From positions 1-52,965 of IMG/VR virus record IMGVR_UViG_3300028743_000008: a DNA stretch of 52,965 nt; one strand, written 5' to 3'. Numbering within the stretch: position 1 is the first letter of the stretch; each line of letters opens with the position of its first letter. The position numbers and the translations under genes are program-made. Shown here piece after piece: positions 46,410 to 52,965 of this stretch. The notes below the pieces were generated by a model, which saw only the letters and a program-made list of their open reading frames with translations, was not told the DNA's origin and made no database searches. The stretch comes from a virus. Its lineage: Duplodnaviria; Caudoviricetes.

Positions 46410-46788
46410 AGAAGAATTACTAAAGAAGGAAGTTGGCGGAAGTCATTATAACACTCTGGGCATGCAGCCCGTGGAGTTATGCTCTGAGGCGGGATTTGAT
46501 TTCTTTCAAGGGAGCGTATTAAAGTATGTAACTCGCCACAAAACTAAGAACGGAGCAGAGGATATTAAGAAGGCGATTCACTTCGCCGAGTTCGGAGATT
46601 CGATGTCCTATAATAGCGCCGATGGCGGCCTTTCAAACGGGGATTACCAATTTCTAGCGGGAGAATACACCCGAGCTAATCGGATGGGACCTCTTGAATC
46701 TACAGTAGTGCGCAATCTTTATGAGCGCGAATTTCCTGCCATTAAATGCCTCCTGGAACAAATACTTAAAAGAGATTATCATGAGTAA
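46402..46788 (+). CDS. DUF3310 protein (T7 gp1.7 nucleotide-kinase-like family)
   Basis: VGGSHY..QPVE..FFQGSVLKYVTRHKTKNGAEDIKKA. Confidence 0.85.
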   Translation: MNKEELLKKEVGGSHYNTLGMQPVELCSEAGFDFFQGSVLKYVTRHKTKNGAEDIKKAIHFAEFGDSMSYNSADGGLSNGDYQFLAGEYTRANRMGPLESTVVRNLYEREFPAIKCLLEQILKRDYHE

Positions 46789-47023
46789 GAAAGTAAACTC
46801 CGTTTTAATCGTAGGCCCTCAGGACTCATGTAAAACGGCCATAGCAAATAGCCTGGGTGAAACTTTTGGCCTGGAAATATACGATGAGGTTGTAAGCCCT
46901 GAGGAACTCGAAGCCCACGAGGCTACTAAGGATACAGGCATTTTTGTCTTACAGTTAGATCACTGTATCTTTTTGGATACCGGGTATTTTGACTTAGTTA
47001 TTAAAACCAATAAACTTAAATGA
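46781..47023 (+). CDS. Small protein with a degenerate P-loop (start MSKKVN)
   Basis: VLIVGPQDSCKT followed by IYDE. Confidence 0.6.
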   Translation: MSKKVNSVLIVGPQDSCKTAIANSLGETFGLEIYDEVVSPEELEAHEATKDTGIFVLQLDHCIFLDTGYFDLVIKTNKLK

Positions 47024-47024
47024 T

Positions 47025-48374
47025 ATGAACTCAAAAGATAAAGAACTAGTGGCAGAGATTAAGGCCGAAATTAGGGAAACGCAGATGTACAGTAACGTGT
47101 ACGATGCTCTACGAGGAAAATACTATGGCTACATGCGTCTGGAATTTAGCAACGGTAGAAGGGACTTAAGCGCCTACCTAGACGAGATTAAAACAAAGAA
47201 AGAAGACATATTACAGAAGATGGCTGAGTTACAGAAGAAGGCCGAGTTAAAGGACGTAGCCAAAGATATTGACAAATCCCTTCTCGCACACTATCTATTT
47301 GATCACGGTATGACAGAGATTGTGATACGAGAGGGCCAGGGAAGAATAACTCCGGGGGAAAGCCTATCAAATACTAAAATAGCTCCGAACTATTCAAACT
47401 TAGTGCAATTGGTATGTCCTAATATGGCTTTATTTCTTACGAAGGAAGGAGCGCCTTTGAACGCAAGACTCGCCGAGATTTGTAAGGGCATCGCTACTAT
47501 TATTAGTAAACATTCGCATTCCAAAGCCTGGGAACTCGAGGCGTATTTGCTCAAGGAATTGGAGTGCTACGCTTCTCCCGAGAGAATAAAGCGTCTAAGG
47601 GCTGGATTAGAAACCCTTAAGGATGAATATAGGTCAAAAAAGGATATAGATTTTCGTGAGTTTCACGAGAAAGAGTTTGATATGATAATAGATGCGTTGT
47701 CTTATGATGAATTAGAGGGCTCGATCATTGTGTACCAGGACCTTCGAGATTTTGTGGGAGCGAGCATATTGCTGATGCTTACCCCGATTGGGACGCCCAA
47801 AAATAAAGAGTGCGAGATTATATGCAAGCAATTAGCCGCGTTAAGGGATATGCCCATAGGCAAAAGGTATAACGCTAGTTACGGCTATCTTATGATGTTC
47901 TTACGTGCGAACAGATCGAAAGCACTAGCGGATAAAATCGCAGGTACGATACGGGGCATGGACGGCGAATCTGATTTTGAACGAGGGATCAAAGGCGATG
48001 TGCATTCAAGGGCTCTAGGGCTTATCATAGAGGCTATAGTTAATAGCACAAAAGATTCTAATGCGAAAAGCGAGGGGTCCTTATGGGATGATCTGATGCG
48101 TTATGTTAGCGGCATGATTACCACAAGCGAAGTAAACGACAGGATAGCCCAGGAAGTAACGGGGATATACGATCCTCTAAGGTCCGAGAAAACAATGACC
48201 TGGTATGAGGTAAAGGCCAAATTGATTGAGTTGAAAAAAGCTAATTCCCCTGACCCCGAAAAGCGGGAGGAAGAAGACGCACGAACTGCCGCTTCTAAGA
48301 AGTCCCTAGTCGATCCCGAAGAATTAAGAAAAGCAATTGATACATTCAAAAAGGTCTTGGGGGGATTACTATGA
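47025..48374 (+). CDS. Large helical hypothetical protein with internal repeats
   Basis: 449 aa; LFLTKEGAPLN..EICKGIA resembles LMLTPIGTPKN..IICKQLA. Confidence 0.75.
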   Translation: MNSKDKELVAEIKAEIRETQMYSNVYDALRGKYYGYMRLEFSNGRRDLSAYLDEIKTKKEDILQKMAELQKKAELKDVAKDIDKSLLAHYLFDHGMTEIVIREGQGRITPGESLSNTKIAPNYSNLVQLVCPNMALFLTKEGAPLNARLAEICKGIATIISKHSHSKAWELEAYLLKELECYASPERIKRLRAGLETLKDEYRSKKDIDFREFHEKEFDMIIDALSYDELEGSIIVYQDLRDFVGASILLMLTPIGTPKNKECEIICKQLAALRDMPIGKRYNASYGYLMMFLRANRSKALADKIAGTIRGMDGESDFERGIKGDVHSRALGLIIEAIVNSTKDSNAKSEGSLWDDLMRYVSGMITTSEVNDRIAQEVTGIYDPLRSEKTMTWYEVKAKLIELKKANSPDPEKREEEDARTAASKKSLVDPEELRKAIDTFKKVLGGLL

Positions 48375-48589
48375 CAATATTAATTAAAATACTTGCGGCC
48401 TTTATGGATGTAGTAAGTGACAGAGGGCTAGAGATGTTCTTGATCTTTATCGCGGCCGCCTTCTTTACTATGTTAATTGACATACAAAAAGATAAATGGT
48501 ACACTAGGATACCGGCCAAATGGTTTCTATTCATAGGCGTACTAATGTTGATCCTAAAAATGGTCTCGTGGATATATCACATAGTATAA
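48371..48589 (+). CDS. Small membrane protein
   Basis: 72 aa with 2 TM helices. Confidence 0.7.
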   Translation: MTILIKILAAFMDVVSDRGLEMFLIFIAAAFFTMLIDIQKDKWYTRIPAKWFLFIGVLMLILKMVSWIYHIV

Positions 48590-49116
48590 GGAGAATATGT
48601 GTGGGCCTTGTTTTCCTAACGTTGGCCCCTACGGTTCACGCCTCAGACAAATGGTCGGAGCTAATAAGTGCCCTGGAATTTGTCGAAAGCGGGAACAGGA
48701 TCAACGCTATAGGAAAGCGTAACGATACGGGAGTTCTTCAATTAACACCCGTATATGTCAGGGAGGTGAACAGGATATTAGAGAAGAAGGTATACAAACT
48801 ATCCGATAGGCTGTCCGAGAGAAAGTCTATAGAGATGTTCAATATCTACCAGGCGAAGCATAATGCCTGCCGTAATATCCTCAGAGCCATAAGACTTCAT
48901 AATCCGAAGGCCCCAATGCAATACAGACTTAAGATATTAAAAGCAATAGAAAACAATGAAAAAAGTATGGCACTATCTAGGGTATTTATACTACCCCGTG
49001 TTTATTACCTTTGTTGCACTTCATATAATAGCTCGCTTTGTTCTAGCGATCACCTATTTTGGAATGCTGGAAGCCCGAAAGGGGAAAGATGTTTTAAAAC
49101 ATATTTGGTAAGATGA
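48586..49116 (+). CDS. Secreted lytic transglycosylase / lysozyme-like protein; start and stop anomalous
   Basis: Signal-peptide-like RRICVGLVFLTLAPTVHA; FVESG catalytic Glu, GVLQL and RLHN motifs. Confidence 0.6.
   Translation: MRRICVGLVFLTLAPTVHASDKWSELISALEFVESGNRINAIGKRNDTGVLQLTPVYVREVNRILEKKVYKLSDRLSERKSIEMFNIYQAKHNACRNILRAIRLHNPKAPMQYRLKILKAIENNEKSMALSRVFILPRVYYLCCTSYNSSLCSSDHLFWNAGSPKGERCFKTYLVR
48956..49111 (+). CDS. Small membrane protein (51 aa, MKKVWHYLGYLYYPVF...), absent from the ORF track
   Basis: Translated by hand; A-rich leader; stop lies 1 nt before the next ATG; nested in the tail of the transglycosylase ORF. Confidence 0.65.
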   Translation: MKKVWHYLGYLYYPVFITFVALHIIARFVLAITYFGMLEARKGKDVLKHIW

Positions 49117-49943
49117 TAAGAGACGCAGAAACTATCCGAAAGATACAAGAGAGGGAAATGATGGAAGGCAGCCTCACTCCCGAGGAGACGATGGCCGATA
49201 AGGCCTGGGGAACTCAGATCGCTTTTGATAAGGATGAGAACGGCAACGTTATAAAGGACGAAAAAGGCAAGAGTCATTTTCGCTTGATAGCCGCTACGCA
49301 TAGTCAACTCGTAGAGAAGATGGCTAGGCGAAATAAGGCGGGCGTTGAGGCTAACAGATTAAAGGCGAGGGAGCGAGAGATAAGAAGAATAGAGATTCAG
49401 AGGGAGGCTATTAACAGTAAGCTTATTGACATTAACGATGCCATTCCCGTAGAGCATATCCGACTTCTTATAAAGCTGCTTACCCAGGATCAAGCGGACG
49501 CGATGCAGAAGAACGCTGACTACATTAATGTCAGGCTAAAGCGTTTGCTATGTCCCCTTATTCCCCGGTCGCTTAAGAGGTCAATGATTCTCTATCCTAA
49601 GTCTGTGGTCAAACATCCGGGTTTCATTTATCAAGCAAGTAAAGAGTATGGGCAAGGCCGAATATTTTCGGCTACCCCGGACATCGTTTACTACTTTGAG
49701 CAGGGAACGGAGATGAAAATATTAAGAGACACTTATACTAATCAGCTTTTCTCTATTGACAAAGCCGTGGTACAGTACTGTCTCAATAAGGAAAGATTAT
49801 CAGAACGGGAAATACGGTACGCGATCCAATTAAAAACGCTTAAAACGTACTTCACCCTCGTGAAGAAAAACCCGGTCTGGTATGACATATTAGTTCAAGA
49901 ATTAATACGAAGAAGAAATGAAGCAAATAAGTGCACTCCTTGA
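49113..49943 (+). CDS. Hypothetical protein
   Basis: 276 aa ORF. Confidence 0.8.
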   Translation: MIRDAETIRKIQEREMMEGSLTPEETMADKAWGTQIAFDKDENGNVIKDEKGKSHFRLIAATHSQLVEKMARRNKAGVEANRLKAREREIRRIEIQREAINSKLIDINDAIPVEHIRLLIKLLTQDQADAMQKNADYINVRLKRLLCPLIPRSLKRSMILYPKSVVKHPGFIYQASKEYGQGRIFSATPDIVYYFEQGTEMKILRDTYTNQLFSIDKAVVQYCLNKERLSEREIRYAIQLKTLKTYFTLVKKNPVWYDILVQELIRRRNEANKCTP

Positions 49944-50220
49944 GGGTAAAAGAGAGTATCAAAGGCGCAAGGGCTATGATGCGGATCATGACGATGCCCA
50001 CGTCAATGGAGAGATAGTGATGAGCGTTGCTAAAAGATACTTAGACAATTATAATGAGCGGGTTAACCTCGGTCTCTTAAACACGGAAATCCACATAGAC
50101 CATGCGATTGACGACCTAGCTAACGCCGGTGCCTGTATCATGGCTGAGATGGAGCGTTTGCAAAGAATACAGTTGCGACTGAGAGAACTAGAAAAGGTAG
50201 TAAATATAACGGATAAATGA
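49918..50220 (+). CDS. Conserved phage protein with ER..Q..KGY...HDD motif (possibly MazG-fold related)
   Basis: REYQRRKGYDADHDDAHVNGEI and LANAGACIMAEMERL. Confidence 0.65.
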   Translation: MKQISALLEGKREYQRRKGYDADHDDAHVNGEIVMSVAKRYLDNYNERVNLGLLNTEIHIDHAIDDLANAGACIMAEMERLQRIQLRLRELEKVVNITDK

Positions 50221-50221
50221 C

Positions 50222-50503
50222 ATGACAGATAAACAGTTAGCAAAGGGTAATATACTCAAGTCAAATATTGAGTTTTACGAAGGGGCCTTAAAAGACTTTG
50301 ACACTTTTCCGGGGGAGATCGAAATAAGTCTTGACGATCGCGCCGATAGAGCGCACAAGCCAATTATTAAATTGACCCGAGACTCGGACTCTTTAACTCG
50401 AATGAATATTCAGGCTAAGGAGTACAGCACTATTCGAAGCCTCATACGCACGGAGATAGCGGCTGTGATAAATAAACTACAGTTAGAATTAGATAATTTA
50501 TAA
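50222..50503 (+). CDS. Hypothetical protein
   Basis: 93 aa ORF. Confidence 0.7.
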   Translation: MTDKQLAKGNILKSNIEFYEGALKDFDTFPGEIEISLDDRADRAHKPIIKLTRDSDSLTRMNIQAKEYSTIRSLIRTEIAAVINKLQLELDNL

Positions 50504-50508
50504 ACATT

Positions 50509-51126
50509 ATGAACGATACTAAAGACGAAAACTTCATAGGTAACCAAACCGCAAAAAAGGGTAGGGGAATGACCCCGCAGTTTATAGACCTGAACGGTCG
50601 AAGAGACAAGGCCTACGAGAATGCTAAGAATCACGGCTTTCACGAGGGCGGTCAATCTGAGGAAACGTATAAAGCCCTTGTCATAAGCGAATTATGCGAA
50701 GCAATGGAAGCCCATAGACATGGAAAGTGGGCAAAGGCGACGGAGTTTGATCAGCGTCTACACGACGCCAGGGAAATCGCCGAAAAAGATAAGGACCTTC
50801 TCTTTGAGGGCCTTATCAAAGATTCGGTAGAGGATGAATTAGCAGACACTGTCATCCGTATACTTGATGTGGCGGGAAAAAGAAACGAAGCCATCGTATT
50901 ACGTCGCGACATGATAGCCGAGGACAAAAGGCACGTATATAATCATACTGTACCCGAATTATTATACGGCTGCATGTGCCGAGTAGTTCAGTCCTGGGCT
51001 TTGAGGGATCAATTAGAATGGATATGGGCTATTTGCGAAGTTATAGGACCCGACATACTTCACTTTGTTACACTAAAAATGGACTACAATAGCGGTAGGC
51101 CCTATCATCATGGAAAAGCATACTAA
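50509..51126 (+). CDS. MazG-like nucleotide pyrophosphohydrolase
   Basis: ISELCEAMEAHR, VEDELADTVIRILD and KMDYNSGRPYHHGKAY. Confidence 0.85.
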   Translation: MNDTKDENFIGNQTAKKGRGMTPQFIDLNGRRDKAYENAKNHGFHEGGQSEETYKALVISELCEAMEAHRHGKWAKATEFDQRLHDAREIAEKDKDLLFEGLIKDSVEDELADTVIRILDVAGKRNEAIVLRRDMIAEDKRHVYNHTVPELLYGCMCRVVQSWALRDQLEWIWAICEVIGPDILHFVTLKMDYNSGRPYHHGKAY

Positions 51127-51544
51127 TAAAACGCCGGAGGTCCTAGGAATAGGCCCCGGCGATCTATCAGAGATCGCCCCTACAGAGGATAAAAAACATA
51201 TAAGGGCTAGAGTAATAGACGTTGATAAGATCGTCTGGGGATTCAAAAAACCTAGTGGCCGTTTCTTTGTGTTTGATCCTTCCTGGCACGGTCGTGTTTG
51301 GCTACTCCCCGGGGAGTTCGAGCTAGCGGACTCTGAGGAATCTCTTGAACGGTACAAGGTTATTGACCAGGACGAAAGTAATGCGGTGGATATAGAAAGT
51401 ATGTTAAACAACATGTTTGTTGATGGCTGGGAACTTATTCAAACGGTTCCTATGTGGCACACTTTTTTGCCCTCTAGCACACAGACAAAAGGGACAGATG
51501 CCTTTTGCTGTCAATGTAGATACATATTTAAAAGAAGAGCATAA
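51110..51544 (+). CDS. Hypothetical protein with a C-terminal DUF4177-like domain
   Basis: RYKVI..LNNMFVDGWELIQ..YIFKR. Confidence 0.65.
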   Translation: MEKHTNKTPEVLGIGPGDLSEIAPTEDKKHIRARVIDVDKIVWGFKKPSGRFFVFDPSWHGRVWLLPGEFELADSEESLERYKVIDQDESNAVDIESMLNNMFVDGWELIQTVPMWHTFLPSSTQTKGTDAFCCQCRYIFKRRA

Positions 51545-51702
51545 CGTATTGAAAAGATATAAAAATCCTATTGACACGCATAAGTCAATAGGGGAGTTAA
51601 GTAATGGAGTTCCATCGCGCTGCTTTGGTAAAAAGGTTATTATAAGAAGGCAATGGATGAGTAAGCCGCGAATACGCGGACAAATACCTTACGGTTAGCT
51701 AT

Positions 51703-51743
51703 AGAAAAAGGAGATAATTTGTAGATTACCTCCTTTTTCTTTT
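51703..51743. terminator. Bidirectional intrinsic terminator between the convergent transcription units
   Basis: AGAAAAAGGAG-ATAAT...ATTAC-CTCCTTTTTCTTTT. Confidence 0.8.
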
Positions 51744-51754
51744 GTTCTTATTAA

Positions 51755-52201
51755 TCACTTAGGATTATACGTCATGTTTGCTATAGGATACCTACTGATG
51801 CCGTTGCATATTGTCGCTTTATCTTCGGCGTCGTATTCAACCGTCCCGTGCCCCAGATAGGTATACTCTTTTAATCGGGTATTGTAGAAAGCATAATCGG
51901 CCTTTTTGTCAGGAAGCATTTTAACTCTGATCTCTATATCTCCACTAAAGTTCTCTGAATAGTCATATCTATCGAGGCCCTTTATTGGGCCGCCACTGTT
52001 TCGGGCCTCGGGTTTAGAGGCCTCTACGGGTTCGATTGTCATTATCACCCGATCCGAGCCATCAATCAGTTCTCCGGTTATTTTATACCCGGCCCCAAAC
52101 TCTTTTTTAAGCGCCTCTGCTTCTTCTAAGTTGGCGTCGTCCAAAGGTTCTTCGCCCTCGGTCAAATAATAATAGGCATCACTTGATACTTCTCTTTTCA
52201 T
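51755..52201 (-). CDS. Acidic hypothetical protein
   Basis: 148 aa; last gene of the leftward operon. Confidence 0.7.
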   Translation of the reverse strand: MKREVSSDAYYYLTEGEEPLDDANLEEAEALKKEFGAGYKITGELIDGSDRVIMTIEPVEASKPEARNSGGPIKGLDRYDYSENFSGDIEIRVKMLPDKKADYAFYNTRLKEYTYLGHGTVEYDAEDKATICNGISRYPIANMTYNPK

Positions 52202-52601
52202 CTTTAGCCCTCCTTTTTTCTTTATTTATTGCTAATTCTGTACATTTAATGGCCCACCCCTGCATATATGTGAAGGGCTCCAAATTATTTATGTCGTAGT
52301 GCACGTCTACGTCGTTGAGTATACCGCCGATGGCGTGTAGGCATTCGTGACCAATATCATCTCCGTCAGAGTCCGGCCTGATAGCTATAAGGGAACCTTT
52401 TCGGTGAGTTCTTTTATGAACTACGGTGTACCAGGTTCCGACGTCGCCGTCTTCAAAGCCACTTACACCTAACCCGTTATGGGTTTTGTACTCATAAAAC
52501 TCTTCGTTTACTCGGCCAAAGTCCTTATCAAGAACAACTACAAATAGCCATCTCGGATAGATCACGGGATAGAAACTATATACCTTTAATCTCTTTTTCA
52601 T
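52179..52601 (-). CDS. HExxH zincin-like metallopeptidase-domain protein
   Basis: IGHECLHA followed by EPFTY (third ligand Glu). Confidence 0.7.
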   Translation of the reverse strand: MKKRLKVYSFYPVIYPRWLFVVVLDKDFGRVNEEFYEYKTHNGLGVSGFEDGDVGTWYTVVHKRTHRKGSLIAIRPDSDGDDIGHECLHAIGGILNDVDVHYDINNLEPFTYMQGWAIKCTELAINKEKRRAKDEKRSIK

Positions 52602-52855
52602 GGCACTATTTCTTTTAGCTCTACTTCCGTGGGCTCCCTATCCTCCCACTTTACGTTGGGAAGCAATTGCGCAGGCAATTCTACTTTTGAGTAGCACCGG
52701 CCAACCCGAGGATATATGTAGTCGGGTTGCTCTTCTTTACAACGTATCCAATAACTTTTATCGTAGTAATAGCTGGGGTGCTTTGTGGGCTTTGCGCCCG
52801 CATACAAATACAGCCTTCCGCTTTTATCTCTGGCTACGTACAATTTCTCATTCAT
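52598..52855 (-). CDS. Small conserved phage protein
   Basis: YVARDKSGRLYLY..P and VKWEDREPTEVEL pattern common in small phage proteins. Confidence 0.7.
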   Translation of the reverse strand: MNEKLYVARDKSGRLYLYAGAKPTKHPSYYYDKSYWIRCKEEQPDYIYPRVGRCYSKVELPAQLLPNVKWEDREPTEVELKEIVP

Positions 52856-52876
52856 ATCCTTTTATATTAATTACTA

Positions 52877-52965
52877 TACCGAAAAACACGGCTGGGGGTA
52901 ATGACCATTTCCCTACCGAAAAACACGGCTGGGGGTAATGACCATTTCCCTACCGAAAAACGCGG
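52877..52965. repeat. Continuation of the 37-bp tandem repeat (partial, full, partial)
   Basis: Partial 52877-52900, full 52901-52937, partial 52938-52965 with one A>G change at 52962. Confidence 0.97.

Larger units (their letters stand above)
1..52965. mobile_element. Near-complete tailed bacteriophage genome, probable Bacteroidota host
   Basis: Full set of terminase, portal, capsid, tape measure, tail fibre, endolysin and replication genes; no host housekeeping genes; both ends lie in the same repeat; Bacteroidota-type promoters. Confidence 0.95.

Noticed and set aside
51417-51698. 93 aa plus-strand ORF before the terminator
   Set aside because: Non-ATG start, largely overlaps the previous gene and has no recognisable motif; a shorter gene in 51549-51698 is possible but unsupported
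52877-52965. Direct terminal repeats marking physical genome ends
   Set aside because: The shared sequence is a tandem array in the middle of a co-directional operon, better explained as an assembly break; the true copy number cannot be read from this window
1-52965. Stop-codon reassignment as seen in some Bacteroidota phages
   Set aside because: All long core genes are intact in the standard code, TAG and TGA are used as stops, and no suppressor tRNA was seen

Overview
The window appears to be an essentially complete ~53 kb tailed (siphovirus-like) dsDNA phage genome from a Bacteroidota host, judged by repeated TAnnTTTG (-7) / TTTG (-33) promoters and AT-rich leaders without Shine-Dalgarno sites. 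The contig opens and closes inside the same 37-bp tandem repeat array, so it is probably a circular or permuted assembly broken at that repeat. Layout: (1) a minus-strand early/accessory operon (7021 down to 156, continuing across the junction from 52855 to 51755) with a CmoA-like SAM-binding protein, an adjacent possible SAM-lyase-like protein, an Nmad5 protein, a lipoprotein and many small ORFs; (2) a 1.55 kb non-coding control region (7022-8576) with promoters, operator-like repeats and an iteron/inverted-repeat cluster; (3) plus-strand packaging, head and tail genes (terminase, tail tube, portal, scaffold, capsid, tape measure, large tail fibre) and a lysis cassette; (4) an APSE-like replication module (Cas4-like DUF2800, DUF2815 SSB, family A polymerase, primase/VirE helicase, VRR-NUC, SNF2 helicase) followed by nucleotide-metabolism and hypothetical genes. 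I saw no integrase, tRNA, reverse transcriptase or CRISPR array. The best candidates for undescribed biology are the transcribed, structured 37-nt repeat array (possible type III antitoxin RNA mimic or tandem terminator array) and the CmoA-like plus SAM-lyase-like gene pair (possible SAM-draining anti-defence cassette). All family calls come from motifs recognised by eye; no database searches were run.
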